DNA of 63,166 bases, filler included, from Collodictyon triciliatum (taxonomy: Eukaryota), in assembly GCA_043381765.1 (NCBI GenBank). It is 4 parts of 4 records of this genome, joined end to end, with 100 filler letters (N's around TTAATTAATTAA, not from the genome) between each part and the next. Parts side by side here need not be neighbours in the genome. Positions count along the whole stretch, not along the records: positions 21,982 to 43,855 come from JBHJMP010001169.1; 3 more parts are not named here. One strand, given 5' to 3'. The notes beneath the pieces are model-generated. The model made no database searches. It saw only the letters and a program-made list of their open reading frames with translations, and had not been told where the DNA came from. The translations under genes and the position numbers were made by a program. Shown piece by piece: positions 28,742 through 37,615 of the stretch (its first letter is position 1; every line of letters starts with the position of its first letter).

Positions 28742-29155
28742 ATGAGAAACTCGACTACATTAGAAAGTAAGATACTTGCCAGAATTATCCGCAAGAAATC
28801 TAACGTATTTCTACGGGATGACTTTCTAGATTTGGGCGGATACGATCAAGTAGGCAGAGCGTTAAAGCATCTGGCTGAAAAAGGAAAGTTAGTCAGGATT
28901 GGTTATGGCCTCTATGCAAAGGCTAAAATTTCTTCTTTAAATGGTGAAATAGTACCTACTGCACCGTTACCTAAACTTGGTAAAGAGGCTTTGAATCGAC
29001 TAAAAGTAGAAACAGCTCCCACAAAGGCCGAACTGGCATATAGAGAAGGGCGATCAACCCAAGTGCCAACTGGCCGCATGATAGCCGTAAAAGGGCGTAT
29101 TTGCCGTAAAATTGGCTATAAAGGAGCATATATAGCATATGAGCATGTCTCTTAA
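28742..29155 (+). CDS. AbiEi-like antitoxin (DUF6088-type wHTH)
   Basis: VFLRDDFLDLGGYDQVGRALKHL..KGKLVRIGYGLYAK and STQVP motifs; overlaps the downstream toxin gene. Confidence 0.85.
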   Translation: MRNSTTLESKILARIIRKKSNVFLRDDFLDLGGYDQVGRALKHLAEKGKLVRIGYGLYAKAKISSLNGEIVPTAPLPKLGKEALNRLKVETAPTKAELAYREGRSTQVPTGRMIAVKGRICRKIGYKGAYIAYEHVS

Positions 29156-30056
29156 TAGAAAATTACTTAAAGAAGTAGCATTAGTAAAACCAGGAATCAG
29201 CGAAGCTTTTATAGAAAAAGATTGGTTTGTAACTAAAGTAATCAAAATACTAGCTGAACATCAGTATCTTGATTACACAATAGTATTTACAGGCGGGACT
29301 TCTCTTTCCAAAGCACATAAATTAATTGAGCGATTTTCTGAGGATATAGATTTTAGGCTGATAGCCCCAAGCATTGAAGGGGAGGGGGTATCCAAGGTTA
29401 GAAAAGCTTTATCCGATTTCAAAACCCATGTAACCAGCTTACTTAAGAGAGAATTTGAAATTTTGAAAGTTGATGCCAGAGATAATAACCGGTATATAAT
29501 GATAAATCTGGGTTATCCTAGTGTATGTGAGCCTGCCGAAGTGTTGCGACCTCATATAAAGCTTGAATTTACGCTTTCCAAGCTTCAACTCCCCAGTATT
29601 GAATTGCCTATTTCCTCATTCATAAATGAGGAAACCAAGCAAGCCCCTGAAGTTGCTAAAATACCCTGTATAAACCCAGTTGAAAATGCTGCTGATAAAC
29701 TTAGTGCCCTAGTTTGGCGAATACCTTCGAGAGTAAGGGAAAAAAATGATAAGCAACCAGATGTAGTCAGGCATTTGCATGATCTGGCGAAACTAAGCGA
29801 TTACACAATTAAAAATCCACAATTTATAGAATTGGCTAAAAGTACGATAGAACAAGACAGTAACCGAGCTGATGAAATAAAAGATTTAAGTACAAAGGAA
29901 AAGCTTTCTAAAGTTATTGAGATTTTAGAAAGTGACCCAAAATACCCGCAAGAATACGATACTTATGTGAGGGAAATGGTATATAATCATGATATCCCTG
30001 TACCAAAGTTTGAGGAAGCTCTGGATAAACTTAAAGCTCTTATTGCGAGCGTTTAG
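29139..30056 (+). CDS. AbiEii/AbiGii-family nucleotidyltransferase toxin (type IV TA)
   Basis: IEKDWFV, FTGGTSLSKAHKLIERFSEDIDF, ADKLSAL, RHLHDL. Confidence 0.92.
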   Translation: MSMSLNRKLLKEVALVKPGISEAFIEKDWFVTKVIKILAEHQYLDYTIVFTGGTSLSKAHKLIERFSEDIDFRLIAPSIEGEGVSKVRKALSDFKTHVTSLLKREFEILKVDARDNNRYIMINLGYPSVCEPAEVLRPHIKLEFTLSKLQLPSIELPISSFINEETKQAPEVAKIPCINPVENAADKLSALVWRIPSRVREKNDKQPDVVRHLHDLAKLSDYTIKNPQFIELAKSTIEQDSNRADEIKDLSTKEKLSKVIEILESDPKYPQEYDTYVREMVYNHDIPVPKFEEALDKLKALIASV

Positions 30057-30093
30057 TAATATAAAGAACCACACATAGAACTGAGTTGATAAT

Positions 30094-31896
30094 TTACTCC
30101 CTAATATCTCTCTTAAATAACATCTTATCAGGTGTATCTTCTATCTCTAATATCTTTTTATCATTAAAGATAAAATTAAATTGTCCATATAAATCTCGCT
30201 TATTAGTAGGTACTTCAATTTCATCTTCACTAAAAGTAACAATATACTGAAAATCCCTACCTACTTCTGTTTTCAATAAAATATGTTTATTATAAATATA
30301 ATTAAGTAAATTAACCATTGTCTTATGAGACATATCATGAAAAACACCATCATGAATGAGAAAATCAGGCAACTCTCTTTTCTCATTAATAGCATTAAAA
30401 AAAATCATCAAATCATAAGTTAAGGTTTTTAGTACCTCTTGACCCATTGAACCAGATTTTGGAACATTAATATCAAGTTTAAATGGTAAAGTCGTCTTTT
30501 TACCTTTCACATTAATTAAAATATCAAAATAACCATTTGAATTCTTCTCATCTACAAAAATTGCTGAATTCAGAATTTCCATAAAAAGTGATCTTAACTT
30601 ATTCAGCGATTGTTGTACTTGCTGTAAGTCTTGTATAACATCTCTTCTTACTTCGCTTAACTCAATATCTTTTGTAGCAATAGTCTCATTGTATTGGTCA
30701 ATTTGTAATAGCATTTGGCTTTGTCTTTCTAGTGAAGATTTTTCTAGAATCAAAGCTTCATAAGTATTTTCCAATCTACTCAATATACCTTTTTCACTGA
30801 CTTGCTTCATGATGTTACTTCTTTGAAGTTCTAAATCAGTCAACTCAGTCAAAACTTTTTCAATTGCAACCTCAATTTCTGATTCCTTTTTAAATAAGAA
30901 CTTATTCCTATTCTCGATTATATCGTTCTTGAATTGTAAAATATCATCCAATGATTTTCTAACTAAGTTACCAAAATTCTCAATAACTTCATTGTAAATT
31001 TTTTGTATATGCTTAGTATCAATATCTACCTCAGATTGATAAGAAGCTTTAATATTTTTCAGTTTATTACTTAGAGTGTGAAAGCTCTTTGACTTCTCAT
31101 TGATTTTCTCAACTATCGAAGCTAACCTTGATTCTATCTCAATATGTGAATGTTTGAAATTATAGCTTTCAATTTGCTTTCGTAAAACCGATATATTATC
31201 TTCTATTTTTAATCTTTCTGTTTTATATTCTTCTAATGACTTGCCCGTTTCCTCTCGAAGTTTTTCTTCAAGCATTTTTTTAGTATTCGACTGACTATTA
31301 TATTCAATATTTACTTCATTAAACTTAAATAAATTACGAACAGGCAAACCAAGTAAATAAAAATTGAGAATAGATTTCTCAACAGCAGGAGCATTATAAT
31401 TAAAGAAGTTAGTAGCGTCTTTCCTAGTTTTACTTTGTATATCATCCTTAATATAAAACTGCATTAAAGTTCTATATCGATTACCCTCAATAAAAAGTTT
31501 GTTATCTTCTGCTGGAAAAAACAATCCCCAAAAAATATCTATTAATTCTTGTCTTGTATACTCAGATAACGAATAAGGAGTATAACCAAACTCTATTAGG
31601 TTATTATTTTCAAAACTTCTTCTAATAGTAGCTCTTTTATGGTTTATATCAAACTCTAAAGTTAAAGTATGAGCATTATCTCGAAGAAAGTCATATTTAC
31701 TCTTATTAAACTCCCGTTCTGCCGTATCACTTAATAACATATAATCAATCAATCTAATAAGTGATGACTTTCCTATTCCATTGATACCTCTGGCTTCTTT
31801 GTCAACAGAATATTTCCCATAGACAATATTTATGCCTGGATGAAAAATTACATTTTCAACTAGCAATCCTGTATCTGAAAATAGCCTGTGTAACAT
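30094..31896 (-). CDS. Lamassu/ABC-3C SMC-like ABC ATPase (DUF2326-type, LmuB-like)
   Basis: Walker A NGIGKSS, central coiled coil, signature-like GSMG, Walker B FLIHDG, FQYIVT. Confidence 0.85.
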   Translation of the reverse strand: MLHRLFSDTGLLVENVIFHPGINIVYGKYSVDKEARGINGIGKSSLIRLIDYMLLSDTAEREFNKSKYDFLRDNAHTLTLEFDINHKRATIRRSFENNNLIEFGYTPYSLSEYTRQELIDIFWGLFFPAEDNKLFIEGNRYRTLMQFYIKDDIQSKTRKDATNFFNYNAPAVEKSILNFYLLGLPVRNLFKFNEVNIEYNSQSNTKKMLEEKLREETGKSLEEYKTERLKIEDNISVLRKQIESYNFKHSHIEIESRLASIVEKINEKSKSFHTLSNKLKNIKASYQSEVDIDTKHIQKIYNEVIENFGNLVRKSLDDILQFKNDIIENRNKFLFKKESEIEVAIEKVLTELTDLELQRSNIMKQVSEKGILSRLENTYEALILEKSSLERQSQMLLQIDQYNETIATKDIELSEVRRDVIQDLQQVQQSLNKLRSLFMEILNSAIFVDEKNSNGYFDILINVKGKKTTLPFKLDINVPKSGSMGQEVLKTLTYDLMIFFNAINEKRELPDFLIHDGVFHDMSHKTMVNLLNYIYNKHILLKTEVGRDFQYIVTFSEDEIEVPTNKRDLYGQFNFIFNDKKILEIEDTPDKMLFKRDIRE

Positions 31897-32165
31897 TACT
31901 TTGACAATTCGTTTATTTCTTCCTTAGTCAGTAACTTGATTTTATATCCTTTATAATCAATTATACCCATCGAATACAAAAAAGTTATACAGTATATAAA
32001 AAGATCTGGTGTTCTTCTTGGATCTACCTTTAAAAAATCAGTCATCAGTTTTTCTAAAAGCACAAATGAATCTTTATGTTTTTTAGAGTTCAGAATCTCA
32101 ATCAATTCTGCTCCCAAAACCATTATATTCATTTTCATCTCACTTTCTGGATGCGGAATAATCAT
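31896..32165 (-). CDS. ABC-3C middle component (LmuC-like)
   Basis: 89 aa, MIIP start, C-terminal ITFLYSMGIID; coupled to neighbours by ATGA and TAATG overlaps. Confidence 0.8.
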   Translation of the reverse strand: MIIPHPESEMKMNIMVLGAELIEILNSKKHKDSFVLLEKLMTDFLKVDPRRTPDLFIYCITFLYSMGIIDYKGYKIKLLTKEEINELSK

Positions 32166-33085
32166 ACACTTGCATTTTCTGGTTTAATAGGTTTTGTTCC
32201 AATCATACACTGCTCAAAACAATAAACTAATAACGCCTTCGTATAATATTCAAAATCATCGTCTTGTGCATTAGCATAAGTGGTTTGATAAGCTTCTACC
32301 AATGATGCTACTTTATCTTTGAAGCTCCCTGCATACTGATTAAAATTCTTTTTGATTCTCATCTTAATAGAATTTATTTCTTCTGATTCATATGTAGAGA
32401 ACGCGTCCTTTATCTTATTTAATGTTCCATCTATTACAAATTCTTCATATTCTTCTAAAGCTAGATTTCTATCTTCTTCAGAATAGTTAAGTTGAATTTT
32501 ATCTTCTATGTCTATCCTATTCTTATAAGTTATATTTTCACTAACCACACCTACACCTCGTATTAAATCATCAAGTATTGTCTTTATATAATCAAAAATC
32601 ATGAGATCTTTACTAACGCCTAAATACTCACCTAAAAGTCGAATTTTTCTATTGCTGAATTCAGTTTCAATATAGTGAATTATTTGCTCAATTCCATGTA
32701 CTTTTACTGAGCAATTATGACCTTTCTTCTTAGCTTTTTCTATTAGGTTATCACAATATTTTATCTGGGCAGGCGCTAGCGAATTATTATAATATATTCG
32801 CCAATTACTATGTTTATCAACCCACTTATTTAAATACATATCGAAATCTTCATCAGCTTTCTTTTTGTATTTAGTTTCATCATAAGTATCAGGGCCATAA
32901 GAGGCAACTACTGTATTACTGACTAATATTATTCCATCAGCTCCATCATCTTTTCTTTCCCTTGTACAGTAGTAATCATTTTGCCCGTATCTCACTAAAT
33001 GCATTTTATTTACAAAGGCTTCGAACTCGAAACCTCTCTTTGATTTAATCTGAATTTCAAATGCTGCCTTTAGTGTTCTATCCAT
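32162..33085 (-). CDS. ABC-3C/Lamassu effector (LmuA-like): restriction-endonuclease-like N-domain plus C-terminal domain
   Basis: GFEFEAFV...DDGADG...SYGP...K..DF; C-terminal IEDKIQLN and LVYCFEQCMIG typical of ABC-3C C-terminal domains. Confidence 0.78.
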   Translation of the reverse strand: MDRTLKAAFEIQIKSKRGFEFEAFVNKMHLVRYGQNDYYCTRERKDDGADGIILVSNTVVASYGPDTYDETKYKKKADEDFDMYLNKWVDKHSNWRIYYNNSLAPAQIKYCDNLIEKAKKKGHNCSVKVHGIEQIIHYIETEFSNRKIRLLGEYLGVSKDLMIFDYIKTILDDLIRGVGVVSENITYKNRIDIEDKIQLNYSEEDRNLALEEYEEFVIDGTLNKIKDAFSTYESEEINSIKMRIKKNFNQYAGSFKDKVASLVEAYQTTYANAQDDDFEYYTKALLVYCFEQCMIGTKPIKPENASV

Positions 33086-33176
33086 TTTTAATTACTCTTT
33101 TTAAATGAGAATATATGGTCGCCTCAAAGCAAAATATTAATCAATTGGCTATCAACAACTTAGTATATAAATAAAA

Positions 33177-33833
33177 TTATTCGACTAATCTACTGATTGT
33201 TTTTTTTGTAAATAACTTGCCATTTGCAGTTCTGAAGCCATTTTCGTTAAGATGAAATGATATCTGACTTAAGCTCATACCTTTTTCTCGGCAAACACGG
33301 ATTAGAGCGGTAGCCCGTTGATTGTTTTGGTTTGCTTTAGCCTTACTACTTCTTGCCGCTCCGCCTGCCAGACGACCTTCTTGGGTTAAATTTGATAGGC
33401 TACCAAGTTTTGCCCCTTGCTTCTTCTTTGCTAGAAGAGCCTGACGGGTACGGATACTGATAAGCTCCCGTTCTCGTTGTGCGATCCCGGCATAAATAGA
33501 AAGGGTCAATGCGTCAGTAGTTGGCAGATCACAGCTTTTAAAAAGAGACCCAAGCTGTTTTTGTATTTTGAAGATATGTTCTACATCCCGGCTCAAGCGG
33601 TCGAGCTTGGCCACCACTAAAATACATTTATTGGACTGAGCAAAGTGGATAGCTTCTCTAAGGATCGGACGGTTTTCTATATCCTTACCGCTTTCAGTCT
33701 CAATAAACTCTTTTATGACATCAGCATGGTCGATTTGGGCATAGTACTCTATGATCGCTTTCTGAGCGTCAAACGATAAGCCGCTGCGTTCCTGGCCTTT
33801 GGTGCTGACACGGATATAGGAAATGTACTTCAT
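33177..33833 (-). CDS. Serine recombinase (resolvase family)
   Basis: YIRVST, ETESG, RPIL, VAKLDRLSRD, ERELISIRT, C-terminal HTH. ATG at 33833. Confidence 0.93.
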   Translation of the reverse strand: MKYISYIRVSTKGQERSGLSFDAQKAIIEYYAQIDHADVIKEFIETESGKDIENRPILREAIHFAQSNKCILVVAKLDRLSRDVEHIFKIQKQLGSLFKSCDLPTTDALTLSIYAGIAQRERELISIRTRQALLAKKKQGAKLGSLSNLTQEGRLAGGAARSSKAKANQNNQRATALIRVCREKGMSLSQISFHLNENGFRTANGKLFTKKTISRLVE

Positions 33834-33852
33834 TGCGGCAATATAATACAAA

Positions 33853-33947
33853 GGTGGCAAAGCTGCAACGCTCGTTCCTGTTTTGTCACCCTTCTAAATT
33901 TAAAACAAAAGTTACCAGTCTGCAACGGTCGTCCCTGGTTTGTAACC
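33853..33947. promoter_or_regulatory. res-like site: two related imperfect palindromes upstream of the resolvase
   Basis: CTGCAACGCTCGTTCCTGTTTTGTCACC (33863-33890) and CTGCAACGGTCGTCCCTGGTTTGTAACC (33920-33947), 57 bp apart. Confidence 0.65.
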
Positions 33948-34100
33948 TTATTTCTAACTTTTTTTCAGGTGGCAATCAATTATTAATAATCAGTCCTTAT
34001 GGTATTTCTCCCTAGTTTAATACTTTTAGAAAGTGGTTAGTAATTAATATATCAATACGTCATTAGAAAAATAGATGATATATACTCTTAATACTATTGT

Positions 34101-35081
34101 ATGAAGCAGTTAAATATACTACTTCTTATCTTTATAGGCAGTGCTGTTAATGTCTACGGATGGAGAATTGAAAAAAATGTTTTAATAATTGAGAAAGGAG
34201 ATAATCTAGCAGCAATTTCCCATTCCCTACTTGGTAGCAGTAATAAGTATAATTTAATTTGGAAAAGATGCATTGATACTTTAATAAGTAAAGATCCAAA
34301 TTTAATTCATGAAGGAATGAGGTTCTCTATTGACTCACTGGCAGTCAATAAAAGTACGCCATCTTCATCAACACATATTATTATTTATGAGCCAAAACCA
34401 GAAGAAGAATCTCATTTTTGGGATGCAGTTACAGCAGTTATTACATTGTTAAGTGTAATTCTTGCAGCTATTCTAGCGGATTATTATTTTAACAGAAATG
34501 AAAGAAGAAAAATTGCTTTCGATTTATTTTCAGAATTCAATGCTGCTGAAATGCATTCTCATAGGGTAAGAGCAGATGGTGTGCTGGCAAAAAATTTAGT
34601 ATTAGAAAAAGAACTAGAAAATTTTACTAGCGACGAAAAAAAGGTGCATCCTGAATATTTTCGAGATTTTGACGAATTGGATTCAAAACAAATTGAAGAT
34701 AAAAGGTCTTTATATATGGTTCTTAATTTTTACAAGAGAATTGAATTACTCAGAATTGCTAAAAGAATTGACACTACTTTAATTCCCATTTTGTTTGGGG
34801 AGATATTTAATTATTGGTGGGATCATTGCTTCAATAAATATGGAGTAAATAGCGATTGGGAAGTTTTTAAATTAGTTAGAAGCCTCAATACATGGCTTAA
34901 CACTAAAGCTACTGATAATCAAAAAGAATATTGGAAAAAAGCTAACCAATATACATCACCTAAACTAGTAAAACCTCATAAAGAAGCGATAAATATTAAA
35001 TTAAATTTAGAAGAGATTGATACACATATCAAAACTATTGTAAAAGAGATATTAAGTCAAAAAAAACAAAAAAATAATTAG
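34101..35081 (+). CDS. Signal peptide-LysM-like-TM-cytoplasmic domain (DUF4760-like) protein
   Basis: IEKGDNLAAIS...DPNLIHEGMRFSI (LysM pattern), TM FWDAVTAVITLLSVILAAILA, then helical domain with VLNFYKRI. Confidence 0.65.
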   Translation: MKQLNILLLIFIGSAVNVYGWRIEKNVLIIEKGDNLAAISHSLLGSSNKYNLIWKRCIDTLISKDPNLIHEGMRFSIDSLAVNKSTPSSSTHIIIYEPKPEEESHFWDAVTAVITLLSVILAAILADYYFNRNERRKIAFDLFSEFNAAEMHSHRVRADGVLAKNLVLEKELENFTSDEKKVHPEYFRDFDELDSKQIEDKRSLYMVLNFYKRIELLRIAKRIDTTLIPILFGEIFNYWWDHCFNKYGVNSDWEVFKLVRSLNTWLNTKATDNQKEYWKKANQYTSPKLVKPHKEAINIKLNLEEIDTHIKTIVKEILSQKKQKNN

Positions 35082-35127
35082 TTTTTTATAATTTTTACAA
35101 TATATAATAAATTTTTAGTAAATTAAA

Positions 35128-35922
35128 TCAGATATTTTGGGATGATCGTTTATTACGCTTAGGTTTCACAATAGGTTTATAATTTGAAGGTTCTTCGCTG
35201 TTTAATTCTTTAAATAATGCATACATTTCTTTTTCTCCTTTACATATTTCTTTTTTTAATGAAATAACTGGCTTATAATATCCTTCACTCATCTTAATAA
35301 AAAAACTATTATCCGATTGGTGGAAAATAAAATGCTTTTCTAAAATATTACCATAACTTCTTATGAATGTTATCATTAAGCCTTTAACTAATTTTTTATT
35401 AATTAAATTTTGGTCATAAAGCCTTGCGACAGCATTTAATAAGTCATAAACTGCTTCATATGTATAATAATCATCTTGATTTTTTTCATATAATTTTTTT
35501 AAATCTATTTTATGTTTATCGGCTTTTTGCTCGTTTAGAATTTGCCAGAATCTACGTCTTGAACTTAACATATAGTCAGTATTCCAGTATTCATAAATTT
35601 TAAAGAATGTAGACCTTTTTTCAGCTTCGGTATTAAATTTTATCGGAAGATAAATTGCTAGAGCTGATATTAAAAGTGCCAAAATGGCAATTTTAGTAGG
35701 GTTATCTATATCTTCATCAATTTCTTTAAATCTCAAATAATCGTCTTTATGCTGTTTAATATATAAAATCGAGTCTTTTCTGGCAGCTTTGGAAGATTCT
35801 AAAGAATCAATAGGAGTAACTATTATTAATTCCCGGCTTGTCTGTTTTAAGCTATTAGGCTTTTGCCCAATAGTTTCGATCGTTATTAAATAAAAAACAA
35901 AAACAATTAATAACCTTGTCAT
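35128..35922 (-). CDS. Signal peptide-TM-cytoplasmic domain (DUF4760-like) protein
   Basis: Signal MTRLLIVFVFYLI, TM IAILALLISALAIYL, then KRSTFFKIYEYWN..M..SR. ATG at 35922. Confidence 0.6.
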   Translation of the reverse strand: MTRLLIVFVFYLITIETIGQKPNSLKQTSRELIIVTPIDSLESSKAARKDSILYIKQHKDDYLRFKEIDEDIDNPTKIAILALLISALAIYLPIKFNTEAEKRSTFFKIYEYWNTDYMLSSRRRFWQILNEQKADKHKIDLKKLYEKNQDDYYTYEAVYDLLNAVARLYDQNLINKKLVKGLMITFIRSYGNILEKHFIFHQSDNSFFIKMSEGYYKPVISLKKEICKGEKEMYALFKELNSEEPSNYKPIVKPKRNKRSSQNI

Positions 35923-35933
35923 ATATATATATA

Positions 35934-37601
35934 TCAAAGTCTAATACCTTTAAATAATAAATATGTTTTGTTTAAAATTTTATCTTCACTAGTAACAGAA
36001 AAATGCCGACTTGCGTTAAAACCAAAACGTTCAAAAGTTAATTGATATCTTTTCTTTTCATTAGGAGGTACAATAATACCGCCTTCAAAAGTTTGATTCT
36101 TTTTTAAATTAATTATTTCAATACTGTCACTTAAAGCAATTCCTGTGAAATACTTCAGTACTCTTGCCGAAGTTTTTCTTGCTTCAATTTTTATTGATCG
36201 TTGGTCATCTGGTAATAAAAATGGGAATTTTAATGTATCACTGCTATTATTACTTACTTCAAAGGTAAGTAATGTCGAGAATAGCTTTCCTTCTATAGAC
36301 ATCAACTCAAATTCAGTATCATTAGGAGCTACAGATGATTTAAGTTCTATAGTGTCTGAGCTATATTTTGATAATTCGTATGCACCATAGGCAATTAAAA
36401 TAATAAAACAACAAAATGAACCAAATGTATAAAAAGCAATTAAAAGGTTTTCCATTAAGGTGTTATTTGTCTTAGCTTTACTTGATTTATTACTCCTTTT
36501 TATATCATAATTAGTTGAAAATTTTTTTTTATTATAATTTTCTATCTTCGCCTTGGGTACCATTTCAGCAGAACCAAGTACAGGTTTAATCTGCGACTCA
36601 GTTTCATTACTAACATTTTCAGGGAATGATGCGATATTAAATGTTTCTGAATTCTGAAAAACACTTTCTGCAATATCAATGCCTGTATTTTCAGTGTTTT
36701 TACTCTCTATAATTTTCTTTTGCTTCATCAAATACGACATATCATATTCATTATCAACCATATCCAGTACAGTATCTCGAATTTTTCTGATAATCGCGAA
36801 TTCTTCAACCATTAAGCAAAATCCACTAAATGCCAAACAGAGGCTGCTAAATGCATGGCAGCCAACTAAAATGATTAATGGAATTAGTATTGCGCTTATT
36901 CCATCTTCAAAACTTATATCAGATAAGAAGTCACGAATTAAATAAACTGTCGAAAAACCAAATGCAAATATCGCCGCTATTATACCTATAGGAATTAATC
37001 CATTTAGTAATTGTTTAATTATAAACTCTCTCGGCTCAAAATAAGCCCTGATGAGTTGCTCATCTACTTTATGACCAAAAAATTTTGTCCCAATTTTTTC
37101 TGCATATTTATCTTTTTCAATTGAGTCCCCTCTATAATATGAGTACTTATAAACATCGTTTTCTGAGTATGAATAAATTTGTTTAAAATGCTTATATGCT
37201 TTTGATAATGTTTTTATTAGTGATATTGAAAAGCTATTCCAAGGAAGTAATAGAATCAAGACAGTCACTATAGCCATGTGCAGACGTTCATCTTTTATCT
37301 TTTCTATCTCAGTAGGTTCTTTATAGTAACTGGGTATATCATCCAGATTAACCAAGAAATAAATAACAGAGAAACAAATATATATATAAAAACTTACTGA
37401 AATAATTGTTGCTGCCGGTGAAAAAGCCCGTTCTCCCATATTTTCCCGTAGCCGTAAACGGGCAGGTATGGCAGCTGCACTTACACCCGAATAAAAAAAT
37501 GTTACCAGGCTATGGATAAACCCGGTTCCTTTGCCATTAAAGCTGTAAAGACCACTGGCAGCATTTAAGCTATCAACTTTATTGAAAGAACCTTGAAGCA
37601 T
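35934..37601 (-). CDS. Polytopic membrane protein with C-terminal extracytoplasmic beta-rich domain
   Basis: Several TM segments in the N-terminal ~270 aa, a linker, another TM, then a beta-rich tail. Starts 14 nt downstream of the coupling ATPase gene. Confidence 0.75.
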   Translation of the reverse strand: MLQGSFNKVDSLNAASGLYSFNGKGTGFIHSLVTFFYSGVSAAAIPARLRLRENMGERAFSPAATIISVSFYIYICFSVIYFLVNLDDIPSYYKEPTEIEKIKDERLHMAIVTVLILLLPWNSFSISLIKTLSKAYKHFKQIYSYSENDVYKYSYYRGDSIEKDKYAEKIGTKFFGHKVDEQLIRAYFEPREFIIKQLLNGLIPIGIIAAIFAFGFSTVYLIRDFLSDISFEDGISAILIPLIILVGCHAFSSLCLAFSGFCLMVEEFAIIRKIRDTVLDMVDNEYDMSYLMKQKKIIESKNTENTGIDIAESVFQNSETFNIASFPENVSNETESQIKPVLGSAEMVPKAKIENYNKKKFSTNYDIKRSNKSSKAKTNNTLMENLLIAFYTFGSFCCFIILIAYGAYELSKYSSDTIELKSSVAPNDTEFELMSIEGKLFSTLLTFEVSNNSSDTLKFPFLLPDDQRSIKIEARKTSARVLKYFTGIALSDSIEIINLKKNQTFEGGIIVPPNEKKRYQLTFERFGFNASRHFSVTSEDKILNKTYLLFKGIRL

Positions 37602-37615
37602 TGAAGCATTTGTTT

